Assembly (NCBI GenBank): GCA_951406725.2 | Contig: OX597814.1 | Coordinates: forward strand, 104,532,001-104,596,000 | Direction of reading: 5' to 3' | DNA: 64,000 nt | Source of the DNA: Octopus vulgaris | Lineage: Eukaryota | Part shown: positions 40,255 to 53,792 of the stretch, one piece after another | Numbering within the stretch: the stretch's first letter is position 1 | How the letters are laid out: every line of letters starts with the position of its first letter | Notes under the pieces: model-generated | What the model saw: the letters and a program-made list of their open reading frames with translations, nothing else | Told to the model about the DNA's origin: nothing | The model's database searches: none | Position numbers and translations under genes: made by a program

Positions 40255-41989
40255 CATGTCAAGAGTTGGACATAGAAACAAAAAAGTTCATAAAAAAGAT
40301 GAGGTGGCCACTTCTGAGACGCTTTTGAGGATAGGTTTGCAGGAACACAACTGACCAAGAACTAGACATCAACAGCACGATAAAAAAAGAAAAGTAAAAA
40401 AGAAAAAGGAAATCCAAAATCCAACACGACTGACGTAACAGTGAAATAAGGTGCAACCCATTAAAATTGGTTGTATACACATGATGCTGATATCTCGAAC
40501 GATTTCTTATCACCCCCAGAGTGTTGAAAGGCGAAGGTAACTTCAGTAGGATTTGAACGTAGTCCTAAAGGAACGGAACTAATTACACAGCAAGGGATTT
40601 TAATCAACACGCTATCGATTCTGCCACACCGTCGATCTAATAAGAATTTTACTATTTCTAGAATGGTATACTCGGTAGAGCAACCGAAACGAGCACATGA
40701 TAGGTAATATCTCTTTAGCTTGTGAGTTCCAATCCAGCTGAGTTCGAATTTGCCTTTCAGTCTTCTGATATCGATAAAATAAAATAATGTCTTAATCAAT
40801 TATTGAGATTATTCATAAACAAGAGAATGTTTCTACATATATTAACATGTTGTTTTGCTTGGGAATTTTATTATGCAGACAAATAATTTATGTGTGTGTG
40901 TGTGTGCGTGTGTGCGTTCGCGTGTGTGTGAGTGTGTGTGTGGTTTGAACATGTGAGTTTATTCGTTGGGAAGCTAGTTTTAAAAGTGCATTTATCAGAC
41001 AATAACCAAAACACATAAAGAAATTCTGATAGAAACTAAATGTAAGGAGAAATATGGCCACCATAAGTAGTCGTTTATTAAAGTGAATTATCCGTTTCGA
41101 GGCGGAGGAGCAATATGCAGATTTTGTTAAGAGAGCATCTTGTTGTGGGTTGGCCGCCAGCAAGTCTACAGATATATATAAATAATGACATTTTGCTGAG
41201 GCCACCGGGATTAAAACGAGGCCATAAAACTTCATTGAGAAGCCATTCAGTGCATAATTCGGAAGCCGATATATTCCCCTGTAAATAACCAAAGCGACAT
41301 ATCTACAGTCGTTTAGAATCTCCAATGATTGAGTGACCAAGCTAATATACGCAAGCGCACTGTCCCCGTCTACCTCCCTCTCTCTCTCTCGAAGTATTCA
41401 AAGGAAATAGGAAGAGGCGAAACAAACAGTTCTTTGATTGTCCTGTTGGTAGCCTGATTGATGGAAGAGAGATAAAAACGGAATGTCGAGAAAAATTAAA
41501 TGATAGTCTTAGATGAACAGCATCAGTCGGTTTCCATTCTTCACGTTCTGATTGCATTTTTTTATGTCGATATTCAGCAATCGATAATTTATAATCTAAG
41601 ATTGCCAGTTATGAAGCGATCATATTCTACATGGTTGAATAGAGACGTAAAGGAATTTGACATTATCATACAATACTTACATCTAACATCGTCTCTTTGT
41701 GGTAAGGACACATCTGAAGATAGCCTACATGAAAGGAAATAAAAGAAATCTCTGTGAAGGGGCGCCGCACAAGTTCACTCATTCAGATGGTAAGATTACA
41801 AGTTCAACTCGTACTTGCGTTACCAACAAACAAGTTGAATCATACAGCACGAAAAGGCTGACACTATCAACTAAAACAACACGTGTTACTGAATACATCG
41901 TACATACCTTCATACACACAGACAGATGTTTACGCACATAATACACGCACGCGTGTAAGCATGTGTGTATAATTATCTTCGGTCCTTTT

Positions 41990-42200
41990 TTTTTTATTTG
42001 TTTCAGCCGTTAGAACGCGGCCATGCAGGGGTACTGCCTTGAATAATTTTAGTCGAACAAATTGAGTCCAATACTTGTTTTTTTTAAACACTGGTACTTA
42101 TTCTATCAGTATCTTATGGTGAACCGCTACGTTACGGGAACGTAAACAAACTAATACCGGTTGTCAAGCGGTGATGGAGATAAATACAAATGCAGATACA
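41990..42200 (-). mobile_element. Family B SINE 3' part
   Basis: GCGGCCATGC..CTGGTACTTATTCTATC..GAACCGCTACGTTACGGG..GGTTGTCAAGCG. Confidence 0.75.
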
Positions 42201-42262
42201 CATATACATACACGTACAGCATGCAGAAACATGCACACGTACATAGATGAATAGATACATAT

Positions 42263-42338
<76 letters not shown>

Positions 42339-42386
42339 CTTAAATATATCTATAAATATAATATGTGACAATTATTTGATATTCAT

Positions 42387-42447
42387 GATAAAACTCTGAG
42401 TTTTGGATGCCAGGGTGGAAACCCACACCGGCATCTCTTCAGTTATC
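42387..42447 (-). ncRNA. Type I hammerhead motif with one core substitution
   Basis: Minus strand reads GATAA-CTGAAGA-GATGCC(..)GGCATC-CAAAA-CTCAGAG-TT^TTATC. Helix I GAUAA/UUAUC is perfect and helix II has 6 or more bp. CGAAA>CAAAA fits CpG decay. Confidence 0.6.
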
Positions 42448-42470
42448 GGGCTATCGAAAATATGCTATGA

Positions 42471-42652
42471 AGATTCACTTCAACATTTAAATTTAATTTG
42501 TCAAAATATGTTCGTCGCTTTGAGACCGCGACCTGTTCACTGACAAAGCTTCCAATCTGAGATGCAGCACGAAGCTTTGTCAGTGAACAGGTCACGGTCT
42601 CAAAACGACGAAAATATTTTGACAAATTAAATTTAAATGTTGAAGTGAATCT
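42471..42652. repeat. Long inverted repeat, 82-bp arms, 18-bp spacer
   Basis: 42471-42552 vs 42571-42652, 3 mismatches. Confidence 0.95.
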
Positions 42653-42705
42653 AACGGTTTTGTGTGTTTCTTAAATGGCTTATAAACACCTTCCACGCTG
42701 CAATT

Positions 42706-42780
<75 letters not shown>

Positions 42781-43755
42781 TACAATGTAGTTACATGTGG
42801 ATTGTTTGCGATTTTTTTCCTCCGTCTTCCTTTTCTCTTGGACTTTCCTCTCTCTCCTGTTTCTGAAGAAGAGTCTTTTTAACACGTCGAGTGTTCTAAA
42901 ATACACTGAATATCTCAAACCAGACGAAACTAATAGCCCTGTAAGTGAACGAGAACGGAAGATGTCGAAATTTCGCTGTTATCTCATCAGCACCAAGATC
43001 CGCTCTCGCTCATCAACAAGGCAATTTGTTTCGACAGGCTTGAGGTTTCCGGTGTATTTTTAAGCTTTCACCGTCTTGGAATTTTCCCTGGACGACGAAT
43101 CTCGCTGCCAATGAGAGCATAAACAAAACATACATTATGTGACAACGGTCAGTAGAGTTGCTTTTAATTCAAAATTTTATTTCGTTCCACTTATGCGGTG
43201 CTGTTGCACATCATCAGATAGATCTTATGCTATTTGCATATATACCTCACACGAGCGATTCGAATTCGCTTCGAGATGACTCGGTTATAGATTTCCGATG
43301 AGCTGCAACCGCAGCGAAATATCGGTATCCATTATTCTCGTTCACACCCAGGGCAATTCACTTTGTCTACTTTCGAGGTATTCAGTATTTTTCAAAGTGT
43401 TTGAAAAGAACAAAGATTGCTTTAAAGTTCAAAGACTAGGTCTTTGAACTTTTCTACTATAATATCTTTTTCCTGAAGACGGAGGTTCGTCTCGTTCTAT
43501 GTTAAATGCATCCACACAGCCGCATTCTCCGATGGATTTAATCTACAAACACTTAATACCAAAAGGTAATATTTATTCCCACTTACAAGGGGATGTTATG
43601 TTAGAGCTTTCAACTTCCGCCTACGTGGTCAATTTACAAGGGTTTGATATATATATTTCAAAGAGTTTGCCAAAAATACATGGTTTTCTTAAAAACTATA
43701 AAGTTTTTTAAAAAGAGAAATTAGAAAAACTACGACAAGAACATTTTGAGGCGAA

Positions 43756-44030
43756 GCTTTCATATTGAAATGAAAAAGATGTGGAATCTTAAAACAAAAA
43801 TTGTCCCTATTATAATGGGTGCACTAGGTATGGTAAAAATGGGATGCCGGAAATATTTAGACAACATCTGAGGAAAACCATGTCTCAAGGAAATCCAAAA
43901 GATTGTGCTGACAAGTGCTGTATGCATCCTTAGGAAAACCCTATCAATTTAAATGCTTGTGTTGTATTATATGGAGGTAATTCTCTACTGTCCTCGCCAG
44001 GAACGGAAAATTATCCAGCAACTCGGGCTA
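43756..44030 (+). mobile_element. R4/Dong-type non-LTR element, 3' end fragment
   Basis: IEMKKMWNLKTKIVPIIMGALGMVKMGCRKYLDNI*GKPCLKEIQKIVL..ILRKTLSI* (RLE C-terminus), followed by a putative 3' UTR. Confidence 0.8.
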
Positions 44031-44365
44031 ATACGATGGAGTCTGGTATGTGTAAAAGACTGACATCTCTTATCAAGAGTACAGGTGACAGTCAGAGCGC
44101 TGATGTTTGTCGAGCACTCTGCTGTCATTATTTGATTGCTGTTGTTCTGTGCATCAGTTATGTTTTACAGGGTTGCTTAATTTTTAAACTTAACTTAGAA
44201 ATGAAGAAAGACCTGATGCTAGATGTAAAAATAATCCTTTTGGGGTTAGAAATATTGCGGAAAAAGGTGAAATTCTTCAACACGGCATGTGTCTTACGCG
44301 AAATCTGTGATGAGCTCAAGTGACAAAAAACTGTGATGAGCCCGAGTGACGCGACCTGGAGTCGC

Positions 44366-44411
<46 letters not shown>

Positions 44412-44463
44412 CGTACGTTAATACATACGTACGTAGATAATACATGCATGCATACATACATAT

Positions 44464-45335
44464 AAAAAAGCTATGCATGGAAATGTTGCCTGGAAGCTTG
44501 AAGAAGACAATGGAACTGAGACGAAGTGCAGCCTCTCTTGGACACAAGACCACTACATCACATCACACTTTGAAGGCAATGCGTTTGCAATCCAGGAACA
44601 GGAGATTGCCCCAAAGTACCTGGTGAACAAGAGAGACAGTGACGCTCTTGTAATCCCAGACTATGTTATGTTTCCGTGGAAGACATCACGCATGTGATTA
44701 GCAGCTGTCCTAAAATGTCGTCACGGCACTACCTCCCTATGCGGCATGATGTTGTTGCTAAAACAATTTACAATGCCGTCCGAAAAAAGACTGTGCTGAA
44801 ATAAACTTAGAAGATCCCTTTGTTATGGAATACATTCATAAACACCAACTCAAGGAATACTGGTGGAATATTCCCATCAAAGCTTCTGTCAGATGTAAAC
44901 ATAACAGGCCGGATATTGTTGTTTGGGACGGAGAGCCATATCTATGTACCATCATGGAGGTCAGCTGCCCTGCAGATATAAATATCTCTTTGAATATCAA
45001 AGAAAAGAGGATATCTATGGACATCTGCTTCGAAACCTCTAGCTTCTATATCCAGACTATGAATTCATATTCATACCAATAATAATTGGAGCACTAGGTT
45101 TTGTAAGTAAATGCTTAAAGGAGAATCTGGATAAATTGGGATTTTCAGAAAGAGAAATCGACCAGCTAATTCTTACATTATAAGTGCAATCTGTGAGTGG
45201 AACAGTAAAAATATGCGAGACTTTTCTCAAGTTCCAAATGTGAATTTTTCTGTGTTAAGTACATGCCAAAGATGGAACCTTGTATCTATGTTGGAAACCG
45301 GTTCCCTCCTCAGTGGAAGATTTATAATAATTAAA
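44464..45335 (+). mobile_element. R4/Dong-type (RLE) non-LTR element C-terminal fragment
   Basis: FEG.AFAIQEQEI, EDITHVISSCPKM..YLPMRHD, WWNIPIK..HNRPDIVVWD..MEVSCP, PIIIGALG. Confidence 0.85.
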
Positions 45336-45384
45336 AAATAGAAGAGACAGACATACATGTATAAATTTTATTCTGGTTATACAT

Positions 45385-45805
45385 AGGCGCAGAAGTGGCT
45401 GGGTGGTAAGTAGCATGCTTACCAACAACATGGCTCCGGGTTCGGTCGCACTGCGTGGCACTTTGGGCAAGTGCTTTCTACTATAGCCTCAGGCCGACCA
45501 AAGCCTTGTGAGTGGTTTTGGTAGACAGAAACTGAAAGAAGCCCGTTGTATATATATATATATATAATATATATACATATATATATATATATCTCTGTGT
45601 GTATGTTTGTGTGTGCCCCCCCCCCCAACATTGCTTGACAACCGATGCTGGTGTGTTTACGTCCCCGTAACTTTACAATCGGCAACAAGAGATTGATAGG
45701 AGAGATACCAGACCTATAGAATAAATACTGCGGTCGATTTATGATTTATTCAAGGAAAACTGTCAAGGCCGTGCTCCAGCACGGCCGCATTCAATGACTG
45801 AAGCT
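45385..45805 (+). mobile_element. Family B SINE, full length
   Basis: Collinear with 26653-27055. Confidence 0.85.
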
Positions 45806-46018
45806 TATGTACATTTATTAGCGTTGTGATACATATTTGTCAACATGTCCACATCCTTCAATAAACAGACGATTCTGTTCAATAATTTAAGAGGAAATGT
45901 TTAATAATTTTACACTTACCCTGTTTTTAACATCGACTTCTTTCAAAATTGTGCATTTCACTACGCAGTGGATTCCTTTTTTTCTATATGTACACACACA
46001 CACACACAGACGCAGATA

Positions 46019-46130
<112 letters not shown>

Positions 46131-46964
46131 ACACATTATATGCTTTTTAAATCTCTGCAATTTCTACATTATGTTTCCTTTTTAAGACAAATTTTTCTCT
46201 CATAATTTTCTTTTTATTGCAGCCTTATAAATTCTTCTTAATTTTCTAAATTCTTCATTTGAAGGTGAAAGGCGATGGCGGAGGGTGAAAGATTCTTGTA
46301 TTTATATTTATTCTCCATCATATTTTCACTTTCTTCTCCTCACCATTTTCTTTTATCATCGTTTTTAAGTAGTTTAAAAAGATTTATCCATATTGCATCC
46401 TCATCTTCCCCTTCATATATTTCCAGAATTTTCTTCGTTGCAACTAGTTTTTATTGTTCTTGTTTTTTTTTAAATATTTTTATACTGAAGTATCTTGTTT
46501 ATGTTTGTATTTTAACTTTATCTCAGTATTTAATTTTTTTATTTTGTAAATTTTTGACAAATATTTTCTACATTCCAAAATTCCACTCTTGGTGAATGTT
46601 ACGATCTGGTTGCAATAAATGCCTGTTTTTTTTTAAATATCTTTCTTTATTGGTGTTTTAAAATAAAATATTGTAATCTGGTTGTAATCTCTCCTCCCTT
46701 CGCTACCAACCCGACCCTCACCTCGACACCACCCGACACCACCCGACACAAGATCTGTCGTTCCTGAGTAACATGTCGAAGCACACGATTTTTTTTTGGC
46801 GACCAACGAAACGGTGCGCATTTTATAAACGGATATAACACAGAAATCTGTACTCACACATTCACATATACATGCATACAAGCATTTACATATACATATA
46901 GATGCATATACATATATATCTATACGCGCGCGCACACACACACAAACCTACACACATACTCACG

Positions 46965-46998
<34 letters not shown>

Positions 46999-47109
46999 CA
47001 CATACACATGTATATCTATATATATATATATGTATAAATATATACATCATCCTATATATGTATTTGTACATACATTACATGCACATATGTATTTATATGC
47101 ATGAATGTA

Positions 47110-47147
<38 letters not shown>

Positions 47148-47869
47148 TGTATATATATATATATATATACGTACATTGCATACGTACATTCAGATATATA
47201 TATATATACGTATTTAGGGACGCATATATGTATATATATATATACACATATGTATACATATATATATACATACATATACACATATAGGCACACATGCGGA
47301 CATGCAGACATGCGCACGCGCGCACACAGACTCAGATACACACACACGTATACCCACATACAAAAGCTATGTCTATATTATACACACATTATATAGCAAT
47401 GTATGTATGTATCTTACTCATTCACTCACCCTCTCTCTTTGTGTGTGTGTGTATATGTATGTGTGTGTATGTGTGTGTGCGTGTGTGTGTGTGTATGTGT
47501 GTATGTGTGTGCTAGTGTATATTTGCGATCGAAGCATGTCAATGTCCATAGAAATCATGATTAGAAATACCGAAGTATTTTGTGGAAAAAGTGCTCAACA
47601 AATACACATATATGTTATGTGATATTTGTGGTTATGACCTAAGTCTTTAGAACGGTAAACTAAATTTAAAGAATCACCTTCTGATATACTAGATAAAAGA
47701 AATACAGGGAATTCTTATTCCGGTGTTGAGTCTGAAGGAAGGGTTACTGCCTGTTGCTTTTCCAACTCCGAAAAAAAAGTAAGTTCAATAGCATTAATGT
47801 TCATGCCATGATTAAACCGGTGCAAGCCCACAACTGTAAGAAAGACAAAAACAGGGAAAAGATTCTAGG

Positions 47870-48446
47870 GATTGGGGGTTGAGGGTGCTGATGTTTTCCG
47901 GCTCTCTCTAATGCTTGAACTCACTGGTGAGCGGCACAAAGGAATAGGCTTTCAGTGCACCTGCTTTCAGGAATCCTATTGATATTCACTGAAAGGGGGC
48001 GAGGTGGGGTGAGGATGGTTGCAAGAAACCCAGAAGGACTAGAAACACGACCTGTCAAAAAGGACGAATGAAACTAGTATAGGTTCAACGACTATCTAGC
48101 GACAGAACGGGAACACAGAAATTTCGGGTTAGTGTCCGACATGCTGGAAAATCAGTGGGAGTCAGGCACCCCTTAACTTTTGCTAAAACATGTCGCTAGA
48201 AGCGGCTTGAAATCCAGGCTACGTCTGCTCCGATGGACAGTGTTGCTTTGGTCAGTGAATCCTCTGCAACGGTCAACAATCGACGGCAAGACAAGCTGCT
48301 ACGAATCACACTTTCCCAGAGAATGTATGCATGTGACCGGGACCACATGGGAATTTGTGTCTCCACTGAAACTCCAACATGAGTGTAGGCGTTGGTCGGA
48401 GCTTGTTCAACCCACCCCGGGTGAATGCCGCCGCAAGTCCAAGTAA
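47870..48446 (+). mobile_element. Non-coding element ending in an RTE 3' tail (candidate non-autonomous RTE derivative)
   Basis: 48408-48446 matches the RTE tail at 23069-23107 (minus strand) at 33/39 nt. The 5' boundary is uncertain. Confidence 0.55.
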
Positions 48447-48501
48447 GCAGTAGAAAAGGGAGGGAAATAAAGGATATATATATATATATATAGATAGATA
48501 A

Positions 48502-48534
<33 letters not shown>

Positions 48535-48537
48535 GAT

Positions 48538-48600
<63 letters not shown>

Positions 48601-49341
48601 AGAGATTAAAGTCGCTGGACAACGTCAGTGTTAATGAGTCCTCCATAACCATACTGATGTTAGAAGTGAGAGACCAGGAAAATAGTTGGCGCAGAAGTTA
48701 TTCTCTACACATTGGATAATGGTCATACAAGTGTTTCGTTGCTGGGCGAACGCCAGCCACTTTGCTGAATTAATCAGATTCTCCAAGCATAAGAAGTCCT
48801 TGCTTCTATCAAAATAACTGTATCACGGCTAACGAGTAAACCAATTGGCCGAATTAGGACAACGAAGTTTTGTTGTGATCTTACCGCGTAACAAGTCTCC
48901 GCTGCTGAATGTGTTGTTATGAGAATTGTATTATCTCTCATCAAGCAGAATGAACAAGAAAGAATTCCTTTGTGACCGGCAGCATTAAGCAATCAGTCAC
49001 ATGAGATAGTTATAAGACAGCATAGAGGAGACAAATGTATCAAACTTGTATATCCAACCGCATGAAACTGCTTCGAAGAAAATAGATCCTCGATTGAGGT
49101 ACATGTACCCGGGAATAAAACCCATAGAGATATTCCACAGGAGGCAACATAATTAGTTATAACCAGGTACTTTATAACAAAGTACCCAGCAAATGTAAAC
49201 TGTGGAGTATACGGGTATACGGGTCTATCGAATAAATCTATAAAAGGAAAAAGTAAGGAGTCAGCTTCTGATACACAGTTGGAAGGAAATACGTCAGGAC
49301 ATACTTGGAAGTTATCTGAAATATGTATGTGTATGTATATT

Positions 49342-49451
<110 letters not shown>

Positions 49452-49625
49452 TTATTGCGCTTTTACAAGGAATAGGTTGAAAGTGGCTTCGAAGTTTTGG
49501 GTTTCACATAACGTATTGAAAAGACAGGATTTGAACTGTGAGCGAAAAGATCCCGAACTAAATACTGCCTGGCATTGCACTCTGAGTATTTGCTGCATCC
49601 GTATAAAGACTATCAGCAGAACCGA

Positions 49626-49859
49626 TAAGGCGGCGAGCTGGCAGACTTGTTAGCGCACCGGGCGAAATGCTTAGCGGTATTTCGTCTGTCGTTACGTTGT
49701 GAGTTCAAATTCCGCCGAGGTCGACTTTGCCTTTCATCCTTTCGGAGTCGATAAATAAAGTACCAGTTTCGCACTGGGGTCGATATAATCGACTTAATCC
49801 CGTTGTCTGTCCTTGTTTGTCCCCTCTATGTTTAGACCCTTGTGGGCAATAAAGAAATA
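49626..49859 (+). mobile_element. Family A SINE, full length, 15-bp TSD (reference copy)
   Basis: TSD TATCAGCAGAACCGA at 49611-49625 and 49860-49874. Confidence 0.92.
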
Positions 49860-50066
49860 TATCAGCAGAACCGAGTAAAAGAGTGCAACAACAATATGAA
49901 AAAGGGTGGGTTTTTTTCGGAAGAGCTCATAGCACAATGTAGGGGTAACAAGTAGAATGTAACCTCGATATATTTGCACGCGAATTGCCTGCATCAGCAG
50001 AGCAAGCAGTGAAAGAAGAAGAAGAAGAAGAAGAAGAAGAAGAAGAAGAAGAAGAAGAAGAAGAAG

Positions 50067-50100
<34 letters not shown>

Positions 50101-50592
50101 GCAACAACAACATCAACAACAACAATATCAATGACAGCAGAAACAAAAAATATTAACAAGAAGAATTTCGAATAGAAAGAGCAACATGTTGAAGTAGGAT
50201 CGACATATCGATTAATGGCGGCGGTTAGATCAGCGTTTTATGGAGAGCACAAAGTATAGCGAAGGGAAATCGAGAAGAAGAGTGAGTGAAGGTGTTGGTT
50301 GATTGGAGAGAGTTAAAAACTAATGAAATGCATAGATTTATGCAAAAAAAAAAAATGTAAATATAGGAAAATATCAAAATGTTAAAACTGGAAAATGAGG
50401 GAAATTCCGTGAAATATTTGTGAATAATTAAAAAATAAATGTCTGCACTATCATTCACCTATCTTCTAACCTGCATAGATGTAAAAAAAATAAGTCAAAA
50501 TAAAACAGAAAAGAAAATGATAACAAAAAACAAAAAGAAGCAGCGGTAACAACAACAGCAAATTGATAATTTATTGCTTATTAAATAAAGAC

Positions 50593-50635
<43 letters not shown>

Positions 50636-50636
<1 letters not shown>

Positions 50637-50772
50637 CCTTTCTACCGTAGGTAGAAGGCCGTAAATTTTGGAGAAGGGAGTAAGTCGATTACATCGACCC
50701 CAGTGCGTGGCTGGAACTTATTTAATAGATCGCGAGAAGATGTAAGACAAAGTCGAACTCTGTGGAATTTGA
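50636..50772 (-). mobile_element. Family A SINE 3' fragment at a TAA tract
   Basis: AAGTCGATTACATCGACCCCAGTGCG..CAAAGTCGA. Confidence 0.7.
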
Positions 50773-51298
50773 GAGGCCTTCCCTTAAGTGTCCAGATTCA
50801 TCTTCGCTGTTACAACCAGATTTCTGCGGAAACTGGTCTCTCATAAACTGAAGCAACTTAAAGTTCGTCACCAACGTCATCACCACTATGATTTTTGGAC
50901 ATCTGAAAGTTTCAAGCAACTTTCTGTTGCATCATTTACTGCTCCTTTGTGCTGCTGGGGTTGTGTGTGCTGCACTTTTGTGGCATGTTGTGGGGTGTAT
51001 TGTATTGTATTAGTACGTTTTGTTATGGGGTTTCGTTTGAGTCTTCTGTTGTATTAGTTTTTATCTTGTGTGTTGTTTGTGCAGCGCATGTTGTGTTCTT
51101 CTGTCGGGTATCGGCCTTCTATGGCACCTGTTGTGGGTTTTATTAATTTTTGGGGGTATTTACAGTATCAGTTTATACCTGTATGTTTTTGGAGAGGCGT
51201 TGCATAGTAAGTGCGTATAAACCATAAATCAACTATTTTATTTATGATTATCCGTCCGTCGTTCTTTTACTTGGTTTTGTTACGGGTTCCGTTAGTTA

Positions 51299-51386
<88 letters not shown>

Positions 51387-51417
51387 CATCCATTGCCTTT
51401 GTATTATTATTATCATT

Positions 51418-51689
51418 ACCTTTGCACAGCTTCTAACGCTGGAAATGTACTACGGTGTCAGCTGTTCACTACCATTGAATTAAAGTAACACCCCTTATTT
51501 TTCGAGCACCATCTGGAGTATTCGAGCGGTTCCAAGCAGTGTTGTTTTCTACAAGTGGTTCACCTTGCAGCCCCTATTTGTTCTAAGTACTTCTCGAGAT
51601 TTTTGCTCACTGTTCCCAGGGTTCCGACAATTATTGGTACTACTACCACCTTTTTTATCGACCACAACTGCTTAACTTCCCAAGCTAGA
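51418..51689 (-). mobile_element. R4/Dong-type 3' fragment between (TAA)n tracts
   Basis: LAWEVKQLWSIKKVVVVPIIVGTLGTVSKNLEKYLEQIG..LLGTARIL. Confidence 0.85.
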
Positions 51690-51702
51690 TTTATTATTAT
51701 CA

Positions 51703-51769
<67 letters not shown>

Positions 51770-51771
<2 letters not shown>

Positions 51772-53730
51772 TATGTTTGACTTTTGCTTTATAGTTGTAC
51801 AAGTTGGCTCCAAGTCCCACCCAGAGACCTCAAGAGACAACAGGGTTGGAAGTTGTTGTTATGCCTAGTGTGCCATATATTTGGGGGGTGGGGATGTTGT
51901 ACTAATGAATGTCTAAAAAAAATGTTGTTTTTTTTTTTTTTTTTTTAAACCGAAAATTGTTTGTTTTAAACCTTGAGATTACATAGAGAGTATTTTGCGT
52001 AGGATATGAGCGTTCCCATGAGCACTATCTTTTGAACTTCTGCCATTTTTGGGTTTCCTGGTATCTGAGTTAGGTAGCTATCAGCCCCTTTTGCTATCAT
52101 TCCCAGGGCACTTATGACAACAGGTATTGTTTTAGTCTTCAGCTTCCACATTTTGCTGATTTCTATTTCAAGATCTTTATATTTGCTCAGTTTTTGGTAG
52201 GTCTTGATAGATACGTTTATATCGATTGGGACAGTCATATCAATGAGGAGCCATGTTCTTTGTTTAAAGTCTTTCAATATGATGTCTGGCCTATTTGCAT
52301 CTATCTTCCTGTCAGTTTGAATGGTGAAGTTCCAGAGGAGTGAGATGTGGTCATTTTCAAGCACTGGGGGTGGTTTGTGTTCCCACCAGTTTTTTTCATG
52401 GGGCAAATCCAGGTTTTTACAGATTACCCAGTGAATATATTGTGCAGCTCTATCGTGCCTATTGAGATACTCTGTAGGCGCTAGAAGACTGCACTTGGAG
52501 ACCACATGGTCAATGGTTTCATTTTGTTGCTTGCATACACGACACGTTGGACTGCTTCTGATCTTTAATATGTTGGCCTGGTAGTTTCTTGTTGGTAGGC
52601 ATTGATCTTGAGCTGCTATGATAAACCCCTCTGTTTCAGATTTTAAGCCAGAGGCCATTAGCCATTGATGGGTCAGGGCTTTGTCGATATCTGCATTATT
52701 CACTCTCTTTGGGTATTTGCCATAGAGAGGTTTTTCTTGCCATTTATTATTCAGAATATCTAAGGCCGCAGTTTTGGCACGGGTTTTCATGCGCCTAGCT
52801 TTTTCTGTGCTTGTTTCTTGTATATCTATCTCTAATTCCGAAATTGGTTGTATTCGGAATTCACTTAGATATTCCTTTGCCTGTTTTGTGACTGAGTATG
52901 ATGCTTTCTTGTTTTCATGTTTTGAGACAAGTTTTAACATCTAGTCCTCAGAGTTTTTCAGGTAGGTGTCTAGGCCAATTGTAGCAATCTTCATTGTTAT
53001 TGCCAGTTGCAAAAGACCACGGCCTCCCTCTTTTCTTGGCAGATAGAGTCGTTCTGTATCTGCCTTAGGGTGGTGCATTCTATGCATTGTCAACAGTTTC
53101 CTTATTTTTCTGTCGAGCTGACATATTTCAGTAATTGACCAGTTAACAATATTGAAACTGTAAGTCACGACTGGTATAGCAAATGCATTGATCGCTTCGA
53201 TCCTGTTTCTTGCATTCAGCTCTGTCTTGAGTATTGCTCTCACTCTTCGATAGCATTCTCTCCTGATCCTTTCCTTTCATCTCTGAATGCCTTATTCCGT
53301 TCCCTTCAATTACCCCTAGCTCTCCGCTGGGTCTAGTTCTTTTATGACATTCTGTCGGTCAAGGTTAACGTTAGATGTTTCTGTCATTTTTCCTTTGATA
53401 AAGGTAGCCTTTGCACATTTATCGAGGCCGAATTGCATTCTGATGTCGTCACTGAATTGTTTGACTATCGCTAGTAAGCCCTTGAGTTGTTGATCATTTT
53501 TTGCAAAAAGCTTTAAATCATCCATGTAAACGAGATGATTTATATTTTTATCAAACATTTTATACCCGTACTGCGCGTCATTGAGCAGCTTTGAGAGAGG
53601 TATTAAGGATAAACAAAAGAGGAGTGGTGACAGTGAGTCACCCTGGAAAATGCCACACGAAATTTTTACATCACCAGCATTTAGGGATTCACTGTCACTG
53701 TTCAGAGTTAGTGTGGTTCTCCATGATCTC
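51770..53730 (-). mobile_element. 5'-truncated R4/Dong-type retrotransposon (RT, CCHC knuckle, RLE endonuclease, 3' UTR)
   Basis: GIFQGDSLSPLLF, HLVYMDDLK, FGLDKC, RLYLPRKEGGRGL, ETEGFIIAAQDQ, CRVC..ETIDHVVSKC, RHD, NRPDII..IDMTVP..KLSKYKDL. Both ends abut (TAA)n. Few lesions. Confidence 0.95.
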
Positions 53731-53731
53731 A

Positions 53732-53792
<61 letters not shown>

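Noticed and set aside
40986-41008. GTGCATTTATCAGA resembling 18S rRNA
   Set aside because: It is a 14-nt match only, and the flanks do not continue as rRNA.
48650-49300. Possible Gypsy RNase H relic (IEVHVPGNK)
   Set aside because: Only one short motif is present, which is insufficient without a profile search.
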